A DNA stretch of 63,086 nt, counting the filler, from Choristocarpus tenellus KU-1152 (taxonomy: Eukaryota; Protista; Phaeophyceae): NCBI GenBank assembly GCA_964200185.2. It is 12 parts of 12 records of this genome, joined end to end, with 100 filler letters (N's around TTAATTAATTAA, not from the genome) between each part and the next. Parts side by side here need not be neighbours in the genome. Positions count along the whole stretch, not along the records: positions 11,741 to 16,361 come from CAXNAD020013761.1; positions 16,462 to 19,678 come from CAXNAD020021465.1; positions 19,779 to 26,284 come from CAXNAD020007985.1; 9 more parts are not named here. The stretch is one strand, 5' to 3'. The translations under genes and the position numbers were made by a program. Of this stretch, positions 12,135-24,728 are shown in pieces. Each line of letters begins with the position of its first letter. Position 1 is the first letter of the stretch. The notes below the pieces were generated by a model. The model was not told the DNA's origin, ran no database searches, and saw only the letters and a list, made by a program, of their open reading frames with translations.

Positions 12135-13629
12135 GTTGAATAATCATGACAGACCTTTCGGGCGTCATTTTAATATTTCTCTCGTTCTCTCTGAGCTATG
12201 GCAATGTTGGTTGTGACCTGCTATGTGTAGTTAGCAAAAGTTTTGCTGGCTAAGAAGTGTATGTAATTTTGCCTTCCCTAGATAAAGACAAAAGGTTGTC
12301 GCAAGTGGCAATCAATGTATGATATCTGTGGTTGAATCAATGGCAAGGGGGAACAGTGAAGAGGGTAGGAAAATATAGAGACCCCAACTCACAGCAGTTC
12401 GGTGGGAGGAACAGTGAGGTTGATGCCATGTTAAGAAAAGATCTGAAAAGTCTGAGATCAAGATTTTTGGGTAGTAAGGCAAAGGGCTGAGCTTTTGCCA
12501 TCAAGAAATGCAAGTTGTCCATTTGAGAAGTCATTAGGATCTAAAAGGAGATGATTTCCTCTTGGGGCACTTAAAGGCGGCTAGTATCAAGTGATGTGTC
12601 ACACATAATACTATCAATCGAGGTCCACTGTACTAATGCGATAGACTGTATGTGGACCATTAGTGTGCATCATTGTTGCTGATCATCATATTCTTGTCCC
12701 TGAATGAAACACTCTCAGCATGTATCACGTACTCCCAGTCCTTGCTGCCATCCCTTGGTAAATCTATACTGAAAAATCTGTGTGCATACCATTTCTTGCT
12801 ATACTTCTTTTCCAGGCAGATCGGTGTTACATTTTGGCAGTGCTTAATCTTGAAATAGTCGTAATTAGGGCAAACCTACTGCCAGCATCCTCGTTGACTG
12901 CACCTTTTCATGTTCGGATCTATTTTTATGTGTATTTCACGAGTTCATCAATGCAAGCAGTCCCTTACTGGAGTCCCTGATCCTGCCAGGCATCTCTTCC
13001 CAATCAGTGTATTGTGTACTACATGATGCGTACATGGAAACCCACCTGAAGGGCAGATTCCGTTCACCACACACAGAACACCCATTGTTATTGACTAGCC
13101 CCTTAGTATGATCGACATGCACACGCACACATTACCCTGGTTATCACATTCTTACCTGCCTAGCACAGTAGACTTTATACATGAAGTTTTGCGTTTCATC
13201 AAAACATTTTATTGTGGGGTATTTTGGCAACAATGTGCATTACTGGTACTCCAAAAAGCAAGGTGCGTAAAAAAGAACATTTATTGACTTCCTGCACAGC
13301 TTGCCTGCGATTGAGGTGAACCAAGATTTGGATTTTCTTCATGGTTATCTTGAACCTAATTGTATCTGTTACATATTTTTATTTTAGCCGACGGTCAACC
13401 CCAACCTGTCGTCAGATGCACTACATACTAGACTACTTATCATGCTAACTACTCCACGGTACTCAATGTGTATTTATTCCGAACTGTGTCCTGTTGTCTT
13501 GGGAGGACAAGAAACAGTATACAAGGCAATAGAGAAAAATAATCAAAACAACAGAGTCTGTCCATGTTGCATTTCTTAAGAAATGTCCTGAACAAGAACA
13601 GATGTAGTGGTATACTTCCTCCTTTCTTA

Positions 13630-14133
13630 ATAACACGTAACGCAACCTTTGCAGTTCCGATGAAGAACATTTTTTTTTTTTTAGTATGTTGGAATTTTTG
13701 GTTGTATTGTGCAGACACTAAAAGATTGCCCACCTATCTATTGTTCTGCCCCCAAAGCCCTCCAAAATCCATTCCAGCAAGGTATTTCGCTGCATCCATT
13801 GGGGTAATCGGGGGCACCTTGCCTGCCTTCTCAAAGAGACGCTGCCTGATGTGCTCTAGTTTCTTCTGGGGATACAAATTAGACACCTCCACTGTGCCCT
13901 CCACCAGCTCCTCAATATTGGTCAGCCACACATCTTCCTTCAGCTCCAAAATGGAATGAAAGAATCCCAGGTCGTATTGAGGTCAGGTGAGTCGGCTAGC
14001 TGGGTCTCTATGACAATATCGCCCTGCACCACCCCTTCCATTGCCTCCATGATCACCCCCTCGGTGTGTGACTTTGCCCCATCCTACTCCACGAAGATGG
14101 TGTGTCCTTCCAGCCTAGCCATGATGGCCTTCA
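13630..14133 (-). mobile_element. Second-family mariner transposase fragment (catalytic C-terminal half)
   Basis: MKAIMARLEGHTIFVE*DGAKSH..TQLADSPDLN/DLGFFHSILELKEDV..AGKVPPITPMDAAKYLAGMDFGGLWG. Homologous to 36040-36375. Confidence 0.82.
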
Positions 14134-14393
14134 TTGCCAAAGTATCTTAGATGGTAGATGTGCGTCCATTTCGGGACCAAAATGCAATGTTGCGATTTTG
14201 ATATAATTTTGGCTATCGTGTTTGCCAGGAAGTGTCAATATCTATGTTTTGGACACACCTTTTCATAACGTATACATTTTACCTACTCCTGAACATTTTG
14301 GAGTAGGAAAAAGCCATAAAAAAAAACCATGGGAAGCCAAGTCCCAAATGGACAAACGGGGCCAAACTCGTACCCTCTAAGATACTTTCACTC
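14134..14393. mobile_element. Family-B MITE (260 bp)
   Basis: TIRs TTGCCAAAGTATCTTAGATGGTAG / CTCGTACCCTCTAAGATACTTTCACTC; colinear with 14749-15006 and the reverse complement of 15401-15659. Confidence 0.9.
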
Positions 14394-14748
14394 TGATATG
14401 GACTCAAGCTTGTCTTCTTGTTTCTTCTTTGTTTTTACTTCATCTCCATCATGCAAGTTATCAGTTGCATAGCATGTGTTGATTTTTGTTTTTACTTGGC
14501 TAGCATTGCCTCATCGAAAGCCGTCCATCACTCTGCAACACGTACAAGACACACGCCAGGATGCAATACAAAAATAATTTAAAACTTCCTTCGAAACCTT
14601 TCTCTGCCAAGGTGACAACCCTCTTCACAGAGGATGAATTTCTTCATTTGAATGCCTCAATGAATGTTCACACAGTTTCTATCAATCACCGTCTGCTTGA
14701 GTAAAATATGCCAGACATAACAGTACCCATCTTATTCAACCAAAGTCT

Positions 14749-15006
14749 AAGTCAACGTATCTTAGAGGGCAGAGCTACGTCCATTTGGGGGCCAAATCCA
14801 ATGTTGCGATTTTGATGTAGTTTTGGCTATAGCGTTTGTTAGGAAGTGTTAATATCCTTGTTCCAGACACACCTTTTCATAACGTATACATTTTACCTAC
14901 TCCGAAACATATTGGAGTTGAAAAATGTCATAAAAGACCCCATGGGAAGGCAAGCCCCAAACGGACAAACAGGGCAAAACTCGTACCCTCTAAGATACTT
15001 CCACTC
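14749..15006. mobile_element. Family-B MITE (258 bp)
   Basis: Both TIRs present; TSD TCT. Confidence 0.9.
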
Positions 15007-15400
15007 TCTGATTAAGTAAGATATCCCTTCAGATACATCAAACCGAACCCGCAGGTGTCTTGTTACACTATGACACACACTTGCCTCTTAACGTGTTATC
15101 ACAGCGCAACCAATCATACCTTCACATCGAACACTGTCTGACTGAATACAACATGTCATCAGACCTACCAGAACAAATTCATCAGTGCGTTGTTGCGCCA
15201 TGATCTCCTTCGTTACAAACCAGACACATCACGACAACACATAACTCATACGAAATCATGTTTCAACAATGCTCACACAGTGTTTCATTCTTCCATTGAA
15301 CTGGAGTAGATATCCTGTGACACTCTGTCTAGATACAAGATCTTTGGCCCAGTCCGAGTCCCCGTACCCTATGAGCCCTTTGTTGTCTCTCTCTCCTTCA

Positions 15401-15659
15401 GAGTGAAAGTATCTTAGAGGGTACGAGTTTTGCCTTATTTGTCCGTTTGGGGCTTGGCTTCCCATGAGGTTTTTTATGACATTTTACCCATTCCGAAATG
15501 TTTCGGAGTAGGTAAAATACATACATTACGAAAAGGTATGTCTGGAACAAGGATATTGACACTAACTTACAAACGCGATAGCCAAGATTACATCAAAATC
15601 GCAACATTGGATTTTGTCCCGAAACGGACGTGGCTCTACCCTCAAAGGTACTTCGGCTC
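15401..15659. mobile_element. Family-B MITE in opposite orientation
   Basis: GAGTGAAAGTATCTTAGAGGGTACGAG ... GGTACTTCGGCTC, flanked by TTCA on both sides. Confidence 0.92.
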
Positions 15660-15796
15660 TTCAGTGGGATAGTGTATTCCCACATTGGTGGAGCCTGTAA
15701 CATAACGCAGTACATGCTGTAGTCCCTTCCAGTGCTGCCTGTGTGGTGGTGAAGCAGTGAGACCTAATCCTCTGTCAGACCTGCTGCTGTCACCAG

Positions 15797-16022
15797 CATT
15801 TTACCCATTCCGAAATGTTTCGGAGTAGGTAAAATACATACATTATGAAAAGGTGTGTCTAGAACAAGGATATTGACACTACCGAACAAACATGATATAG
15901 CCAAGATTGCATCAAAATCACAATATTGGATTTTGGTCCCCAAACGGACGTGGCTCTACCCTCTAAGATACTTTGGCTCTTCAGTGGGATAGTGTATTCC
16001 CACATTGGTGGAGCCAGTAACA
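15797..16022 (+). repeat. Local duplication of 15480-15702 (partial MITE-B plus its Copia flank)
   Basis: Same MITE half and the same flank TCAGTGGGATAGTGTATTCCCACATTGGTGGAGCC. Confidence 0.88.
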
Positions 16023-16857
16023 GACTCCTGTCACTCTGACCTCCCTCCCCACCATCAGGGGAACAGTCAACAACAGGCAGATCCTTGACAATCTGACCTA
16101 TGCTCCCTTCACCGGGGGGGGGATCATGAGTCAAATCGTCTCTTTTGTTACCAAAGGACGACCTCTCACCTAGAACAAACCTGTCCTCACTTCCGTTGCT
16201 ACAGGAAGAGTCGTCAGAGAGGGATGAAGTGGAGGAGCGAGATGAACAAACAGATTGTACATCTAATGGTGAGTCACCTGCTTTGGGATGGGGGAGACCC
16301 TCAGAACAAGGGTCTGCATCAAGCCCCCCCCCCCTTTCGCAAAGCAGGGGCAACCTCTCCTNNNNNNNNNNNNNNNNNNNNNNNNNNNNNNNNNNNNNNN
16401 NNNNNTTAATTAATTAANNNNNNNNNNNNNNNNNNNNNNNNNNNNNNNNNNNNNNNNNNNNACCCCCTAAGGTCTCTGAAAAGGGGCTGGGATAGCAGGT
16501 GTGTCCAGAGATGGTCCATATAGTGAGTAAATTTTTTATGTTTAAAAAAAAAAAAAATGCTGGAGGAGACCTCTCACCCTTCTGGTCCCTATTACCATGT
16601 GCAGTCCTTTGAACCAGTCCTATGATATGGGGTACCAACGTGGTACCTTCATGGGGACCGCTTCATTGACTGTCGAAGGGATGAAGACCTGTTACATTAG
16701 ATGAAGTTCTTAGTTCTGGTACAGCATGGTAGCCTTTCTTGCCCCTGCTGCACTCTGGTCAATAGTGTTAGCGACTTGAGTCAAGGAAGTAATGTATTTT
16801 TTTTTTTTCTCTCCCCCCTCCCCCGCCCTCGGCACTGACGTTGCTCCTTGCTGGCAG

Positions 16858-16993
16858 GGAGAAGATAGGTGATATATCCACAGAGATGCTGGAGCACGTG
16901 CTTGAGTCGTTTGCACAAGCAGCTCGAATTACCTTGCATGTGGATGTACTCAAGGGTACCAACAACCATCATAAGGCAGAGAGTGCCTTCAAG
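16858..16993 (+). CDS. HIS3: Internal exon of imidazoleglycerol-phosphate dehydratase
   Basis: AG|...|GT exon encoding [45 protein letters not shown], which contains the IGPD metal-binding motif N.HH..E..FK. Confidence 0.93.
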
Positions 16994-18447
16994 GTTGGTG
17001 CTGGTTGTCTTCTTAACCCTTTTTGGTGTAAGCAAGTACATCTGATGCTAGTTGGTGGGTTGATTGGGGGGGGGTTGAGGGACAAGACGCCTTCCTAGTT
17101 TTGTGCTGCACCTGTGTACCCTTTTTAAGGAATGCCTTCCTGGTTTGATCGGATAGTGTTACTGTGTTGTTTTTGTAGTGCTCTTTTAAAGTCCGCCATG
17201 AGCACACAGCAAGTAGCGTTGGTACTGGAGAGCTAAACCCTGATTCCTGATATAGGGTGTTTTACTTCATACTCTAGTGCTATTGGAATAGTGTCTGGCC
17301 CCTAGTCCGGATTCCAAATTTTGCTGAGAAAACCTCAAAATTGGCATTGGACCATGATGCTTAGCACTCAGGGATTTTCTTGTCTGTGTTGATAGAGTGA
17401 AAAAGTATTGGACCAGTTCCAATGTCTACTTCACAGTCAAAACATACAGTGGAATTGATTTGGGAAACCCGGTTATGTTGGTTTTCAAGGTTTTTGATAT
17501 TATATTATCGTGTTTCTAGACATCTGAAGGTCAATTGGATCTTTCTTGTTGTGGCAACATTGATTGGCTCAACACAGTTCTGGGCTGCCCGTGCTGCCTG
17601 AGAAGACTGGCCTGTCCTCCTGCTACCTCTGGGTGCTGCGGTGGCATTGTCTGGCCCTCCTTTGCCGTCATCTCTGTCCAACAAGTTACTCACTGTTGTT
17701 ACTATCAGAAGTGCTGCTTTTTGTCCAGGTTGCACATTTTGACGTGCTCCAACCTCCGGACTTGCTACTATCTACTCTTGACTACGTAGTGCGATGCTTA
17801 GCCATGTAGCATGCTACGTAGCGATCGAATGTGCAGGAGAAATGTCGTTCCACTGTCAAGTTTAATTGTTCGGTAAATTGGATTGGGAGAAATGAGTCCA
17901 TTTCTTAATTTTTTTTATGTCAGCGCCTTTTTCAAACGGGGTTGTTCTGTGAGGAGGAGTGAAACGCTCTGTAGTGGTCCTGTGATGAATTTGAAACGCT
18001 CTGTAGTGGAATTTTCCGAGAGTGGGAATGTATGTGCTGAAAGTGAGCATCAAAATAACTCCATGGTGTTAGTATCTACGCTCCTACCTTTGGGGTTTCT
18101 TTTTGAGGGTGTTGGACAGGAAGGTGCTATGCTGCACTTCTGATTTCCCTCCCTAACTACTATAATAGTGAACATTAATGTAAGATTAATGTAATACTAA
18201 TGTAGTAGTGTAGTTAACCAAATGGGACTGGACTCTGCAACTTTGTAATTGATTGTTTTCTGTGATTTATGGGTCTGAAAGTATAAAACTATGTATCTCA
18301 TCTACAAAATAATAACAGATTATAAAATAATAACAGATTGTAAAAGCAACGATAAGGAATCCAGGTCAAACCTACCTAGCCCCAGTGTGTCGTGTCCTCA
18401 GGTCCATTGGACTGTATAGAGGTTAGTAGTCGAAGGAGGGAGTTGGA

Positions 18448-18472
18448 GGGGTTAGGGTTAGGGTTAGGGTTA
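18448..18472 (+). repeat. Interstitial telomere-like (GGGTTA)x4
   Basis: Read directly; shorter runs occur elsewhere in the window. Confidence 0.8.
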
Positions 18473-19778
18473 ATTGAAATATCAGTGTGGGTTTACTTTC
18501 TACTATTTCATGTAGGGTATTCTTTGATTTGAAGCACTCCGTGGGAGATGCCAATCTCCCCACTGCCAAACATTTTATGCCCGGTCTTGTATGAATTATA
18601 ATAAGCAATGAATGAATGATAACAATAAATTATGAATGATAGTAAGCAATTGGTGAACTTTCCTGGATCTTCGGTGGAATCCTTTGACAAGATGCAGGGC
18701 TTATGAGATGTAGGGGAAACTTGTACAGGAGGATACTGATTAGGGTGTGGGGTTATGTTTTGGACCAAGCTGTGGGGTCGGCTCTTGGTTGATTGTGTAC
18801 TTCCTCCGTTTGGAATTAAATGAACTTTTATCTTTCGCAACCTCCGTTCTCGCCATGGAGCGGTCCACGTGATGAACCCTCTGGACAAGGCTTGGTTCTC
18901 ATATGTAGATTGGGAGGCATGTAAAGTTGGTGATGGTGGGCTGTCGAGTCAAGAATGTGGAGGATCACCAGGGCAAGTTGACCAAGTCGCATTTGACCGG
19001 GGTTCAAGAACCTTGTGAAACTGTCAAAGCGGGTATTTATTGGGTTAGGGTTAGGGCAACGACCCCCCGATGTTCAAGCGGTTTCCTCAATGTGTTGTCA
19101 CCCATCAGTCCTGATTCGTTGACCCAGAAGCCTTTGTGGGTTCAGGACTCAAAACACCCCGGTGAAGAACAGCATGATGGCGCAATACCTGGAGGTGAGA
19201 GGACGTGAGACTCAGGTAGGTGCCTTGAGGAATGGCAGCAACCACTGTGGATGACTTAGGCATTTCCCGAATCACCGTGTTCTGTCATCTGAAGGAGCGT
19301 GACAGTCAGATTGCATGGGTTGAATTCATGGACCTTTGTGTGATGTCACAAGGGGCGATGTGGGCACTGTACAAATCTCCTTGACATTTGGGATGTCCCA
19401 TTGTTACACCACTCATCCTTTTGAAAATGGGTGACCAAACCTGGGTCTACCTTACCTTGTTGTGGTATCTGTGCAAGCGCGAGGAGGTGAAGAAGGTCAA
19501 GCGGTGGATTAATCCAGTCCTCTCAGACCAGCGGAAAGTCAAGGGGGTGGGTTTCGTCACCAGCTACACACACAGGATGGGGGGTAAGTGGGATATTAGT
19601 GGACGATCTATGCTGAATGCATGTGGATGAGAAGTGGTTTTACATCCTCAAAGATGGGCAAGGAGTGTACCTGCACACNNNNNNNNNNNNNNNNNNNNNN
19701 NNNNNNNNNNNNNNNNNNNNNNTTAATTAATTAANNNNNNNNNNNNNNNNNNNNNNNNNNNNNNNNNNNNNNNNNNNN

Positions 19779-19846
19779 CCCATCGGAAGCCAAACCCCAA
19801 ATGGACAGACAGGGCAAAACTTTTACCCTCTAAGATACTTTCACTC
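19779..19846. mobile_element. Family-B MITE end at contig start
   Basis: ...CCCAAATGGACAGACAGGGCAAAACTTTTACCCTCTAAGATACTTTCACTC. Confidence 0.85.
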
Positions 19847-19972
19847 TTCCGTCTGGGATTAATCCCTAGACTAACGATGAAATGCTAATAGTAGTAGTGA
19901 TAAAAGTAATTCAATGAACAACAATAACAATACAGTAATTAGTACAAACTTTTGATACTATGCCTTGTTCAG

Positions 19973-20340
19973 GTGTGGAAAGAGGATGCCTATCCACTGC
20001 CCATTCATATCACACTACCTTTCCCATGTTGGATGTGTGAAATCTTCTCGGGCCACAAGAGAGGACATGGCATCAAGCTCCTGGGGGTTACTGTTCACAG
20101 CGGGATCACTGAGGGCTGCTATGAACCTGTGGGAGGAACACTAGGTGATGGCTACCTCTTCCAAGGATCTCAGCTAAATGGGAGGCTGAGTGATGCACAG
20201 TTGGGTCAAGTATCTCATTATATCATTTGTGGCGATGTAGTATATTTGTCGCACATTTACTGTGGCCAATAAGGGCATTTTGAGCACACTGGAGAAGGAG
20301 CAAAACACGACAATTATGTGGGAAAAGACTTGTTGTCATG
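19973..20340 (+). pseudogene. PIF/Harbinger-ISL2EU group (DDE_Tnp_4) transposase remnant
   Basis: FSGHKRGHGIKLLGVTVHSGITEGCYEPVGGTLGD..SQLNGRL..YIICGDVVY, matching YSGHKR.H.LKFQ.V..DG.I...GP..GR.HD...S.L...Y.IYGD.AY. Confidence 0.78.
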
Positions 20341-20982
20341 TCGGATGTTGATGCCTCAGTGTCAATAGTGCTGTGGAAGCAGGCAGGTGTCTTCAAGTAA
20401 ATCTCCTTTCACAATTTTTGAAGTGGATACTAGGCAAGGCTCTAGTGGGTAGCACGAGATCTCCTCCAGTGGTACAGGATGGGTCGGGACAAAATTGTCA
20501 ATATTTTTACCCTTCCAGCAATTTGTGTTTGTTGCCTACAATAACTTCAGCCCTTAGGCAAAGCTCTATACTTGGTGTGCGCAGCCCTCCTCCCCCCAGG
20601 CAGATAACAGAACTCTCTCAGGGTATTTTCCCCGTGTGTCGAGTTCCCCCTTTTCTGTGTTGTGTTATAGTGTGCAAAGAGCCTGCAGTCAAGTGTTTTA
20701 TTTCCCATCATCTACCACCGAGGGCAACATGAGGTGTGGTTCCTGCATCAGGGAATTGACCATGTTATTTGGTTTATAAGTAATATCATTCGTATAGGAA
20801 GGACTTTGCCACAAGCAATAATATCTTATTTGTTACGTCTGTGTTCTCTCCCTCCCCTGAAAGAGATGTTTGTGGGCATATCGATATTTTTCATTGCAAG
20901 CATGTGTGGGACTCTAAAATATGATACAAATACTGATATAAAGTCTAACATACAGTTCTTACAGAGTAACCATAAAAAAATG

Positions 20983-21165
20983 GTTGCTCTAAGTAACTGG
21001 GAGGAGGGTGGGGGCTGTCCATTCGGGGCCCATTTTTCCATGTCGCGATTTTGAGGCGAATTTGGTTGCATATGTCGCATGGATAATGTAAGTGCACTTC
21101 TCCTGGTCAGGGCCCGTATGGACACCCTAGTGTAGACCCTTCCCCCCCTGCAGATACTTTGAGCC
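20983..21165. mobile_element. Family-A MITE
   Basis: Degenerate left TIR (GCTCTAAGTAACTGGG), intact right TIR CAGATACTTTGAGCC and conserved interior. Confidence 0.88.
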
Positions 21166-24100
21166 ATGTTGTTGATGTTATCTCCATTGTCTAGCTGCCA
21201 GATATCTCTCTACTTCTGCTACAGTCAATCTCCTTCTCATCGTTCTCATCACTTGTGATACTCCCTCCAAGCCAGGAGTTACCGTCTCAATCACATCGCA
21301 GCTCATAGACTGGAGAGAGAGTTGCCGCTGGTGGAAAATCTCTACGTAACCCTTCCAGCTACCTCCCAGCTCCTGAAATTGCTTGTCGTTTATCAGCGCT
21401 CGGAGAAAACTTGAATTTCCCTGGTCACTGTTGCTGTCGATGAAGTGTTGTTCTCGAGTTCCAACCAACTCCACTGTCTAGATAGACGCGGCCATCACAT
21501 TCTAACACACGTTGGTCTGAGGTGGTCCTTCCTGCCACAATTACAACACGATCTGTTCAATGTAAAGCCTGCATAGTATTCGACTCGAATCCCCACCTAC
21601 CGCACATTTCACCATCTTGACCATTGTGGACGTCGCCTTCCTCACTCAGCTGATCGCGGTGTTGTTGCCTTGCTGCATGAGCACTCTCCCTGGTCCACTG
21701 GTGCCCTCTTCCTCCCTCTCGATGACTAAGTACCTGAACCGGGCAAATCCTTCAATGATTACTCTTCCTCCTCTAACCTGCGACTATTCTTCTCGCTTCC
21801 CATTTTTACAAAAGTCTTCGAGGATAACCATATCAATGTTCAATCCTTTCCAACCGCTATTTCTGCTATGTCGAGCACTGCAGCGAAGTGGACGTTGAGA
21901 GTATGGGGACAAAAACACAAGGGAGAAGTTCAGGGTGATGTACGACCTGTAGTGCCATGTGGAATTTGCAACATAAAAGAAATTTGTAGGAATAGGTTCA
22001 AATCTGGGTACAATGTATGCCATGAAAGCCTTTACATCACTAAACTATACACATGTGCAAGTATGCCCTACCTAGTTTTGGTTTGTTGTTTCTCGCTGTG
22101 TCGAATACTTCAACCACAAACCCAATAAACCAACATACATAAAACATAATATCGAACATGTGGCAAAAAACAGTTTTTCTCTGGCTCTTTTTCCGCAGTT
22201 TCCTGCCTTTATTCCACATCATCTACTTTCTACCATATGTGTGATGATGAGTAATATATTTTCCAAATTTCCCAACTTGAAGCACGAGAATAATAGTCAA
22301 TTTACGTTAGTTAGTAGTATTGGAGGATGTGCGGACTCATCTCTTTTTGATCATTACATCAATACACTTGATCAACAATATGTTGACCTTGTCCTTTTAA
22401 GTGTTTCCTTATCCTTCACCAAATATATGATATATATATATATATTACTATTTCTTACGAAGGTTAAAACAATAACAGTAGTATAATATCAATTTTGGAA
22501 ATACTCGAACAGGATCAACAATAAATGATGAAATTCCCACAATAATATACATATCATATATATGGGTTGAGGTCAGGTAGGGATGTATGTAGATGATCTT
22601 ATGAGGATATGGGTATTACAATATCTGTTTTGTCCTGTTTCAACAGATCGTTCAATCTTCTCGTTTTCCAATAAACTAAACAACTCTCTCGTTGGTGTAA
22701 GTTACGCTGAAGCCTTGTACTGCAAGCACTGCAGACTGTCATTTGTCATGGTTACTGAAGTCTTTGTGTTGGGGTTTATCGAAGTATGTTTATTTCTTAT
22801 TGCTCCCTTGACAAATATCTACAAAATTTCGGTGGTCATTAAATGTAGTTCCTGTATAGTCGATTTTGAGTTCAATTGGAATAGGCGAGTTAGTGGAGAT
22901 TATCATAGACATTCTTTTACAGGTATCTGGTTGCGATGGACGTCAACGTGAAGGCAATCTTACCAATATAGCATATATATTCCCATGCTTATTTGTCCTT
23001 CAAGCAACAAAAAAGGAATCAGAAAACTTGAATCGTTGTATGGCTAGCTAGGCTGTGTTGCAGGTATTGACGAGGCGTGCGTTCATCACAAGATCGTAGG
23101 GATGAAGAGACTAAAATACACAAACACATTGTAGTAAGAGGAAAGAGAAAGGCACACACTAGGCACGTAAATAGTGTTAACAATAGTTGAATAATTCATT
23201 AATCACTAATGTTGTATTGGTTTGACTTTTTCTGTGACCTTTGTGAAAAATGTCTGGGGATAGGAATCTTGAAAAAAAATCCATCCTCTATATATTTTTT
23301 TCCACAAAACAATCCTAGAACAATAATATATATGGTTGCTTGTCTGAATATAGGTGGGGGTGGAGCCCAGATCCCGCACCAAAGTGCGACCTCTGGAACC
23401 CCGAAAGTATCATGAGGAAGGTAAAATATCGGGAGATATATTTTCTCCAAAATTCGGTTTTGATTTTTCACCACCAACTGAATCGAGAAGTTTCAAATAT
23501 AGCAGTTCCATTTCAATATTCGTTATAAACCGCCAAGTATTCGACATTCTACAATACAGAATATCTTACCCTTGTCCACGTGCAATATTGGGAAGTATAA
23601 TTGGACACTATATAATTGTTACATCATCCAATTGTCGGGACAATGAATAATATATCTGGTGACATCATTAGGGATTCTTGTGTAGCAAGAAAATACAGGA
23701 AATAGAAGGGGAGAGGGGATAAAAGTTAAATTCATACAAAAACAAATACAGAGTAGAGAAGGGGATTGAACTAACCTTACAGAATATCATATTATTTACG
23801 TACAATACGACAATACAGAATACGGATCTAGGATTTGGGGTTTGGGGATGTAGTAGTGTGTATGTTCCTTCTTGAATTTCCTAGTGGAATAGGTGTCGTG
23901 TTTGATTGTTGAAGGATGGATAAGAATAACAGATAAGTATATTAAAGGTAGGATCGACCACTCACGAAAATACACGATGTTCCACTTTGATTGTATCAAC
24001 TTGTTTCCCTGAACCACGCGCCGACGCTGGCATTTGTTGAATTTCGAACCCAAGAGCTCCCCATGCTCCTGAACCCCTCGTCCTAAGCCTCCTCACGCCC

Positions 24101-24285
24101 AGGCGTTTGCTGCAGGGACGCAAGGGGACCTTGGGTAGAGAGAGAAGGCAGTGTTCAAAAGAAAACCTTTGCTGGGGCTTCCATAGAGACAAGTGATGCT
24201 CGAGAATCTCTGATGCGATCAGGATTGAGATCCTGACGAACTACACTGTCACTACCCTGGTACCTGGGCTGTGTAGGGACACTCC

Positions 24286-24728
24286 ATGGATTCCATGCAC
24301 GAAATTCCTCAGGGTGTTTCGGTGGGCAATGAGGTGGAACGGAAACCTTGTCCGTTGAACTTTGGGAATGGTCCTGACCGTGACAGCATTTCCCCAACCC
24401 AGGAGGAAAGAGTGGCAGCATCTCATTCTTCAATCGACCCGAGCCCCAGATTGACACCAGTGGTGGATCAAGAGTTGTTAGATGTGGGGAGATCAACTCC
24501 CCAGTTGTCTGTTTCCGGCGATGATCTGAGTGTTTTGGTTGCACCACCAGGCACAGATGGAGGCCAGATAGAGGCAGGAGGAAGGCCACGCATGGTGGGT
24601 GGCACTATGCCACGCAACTTTAGGTTGTCAATCGAAGGATACTGCATCCTGACAGATGCAGAAGGAACTTATGCTGCATACAATATCAATGTCACAGCTG
24701 GGCTTCATCAGTGGCGGGTCCTGCGCAG
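24286..24728 (+). CDS. Exon encoding a low-complexity N-terminus and the start of a PX (phox) domain
   Basis: NFRLSIEGYCILTDAEGTYAAYNINVTAGLHQWRVLRR followed by a CAG|GTATGT donor; matches the PX pattern Y.I.V.....W.V.RRY. Confidence 0.72.

Larger units (their letters stand above)
14650..15796 (-). mobile_element. Ty1/Copia RT C-terminus and RNase H pseudogene, interrupted by two family-B MITEs
   Basis: HWKGLQHVLRYVTGSTNVGIHYPT|EGERDNKGLIGYGDSDWAKDLVSRQSVTGYLLQFNG..TRHLRVRF, matching Copia motifs VLRYLKGT, GYxDSDWAxD..RKSxTGY and TKHIDVRYH. Confidence 0.88.

Noticed and set aside
14134-16022. Clustered AAGTATCTTAGAGGG repeats as a CRISPR array
   Set aside because: They are inverted termini of about 260-bp MITEs with conserved interiors, not direct repeats with unique spacers, and no cas genes are present.
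22100-23050. Possible Tc1-like transposase on the minus strand (PDLNP-like motif)
   Set aside because: The other catalytic motifs cannot be found in the right order.
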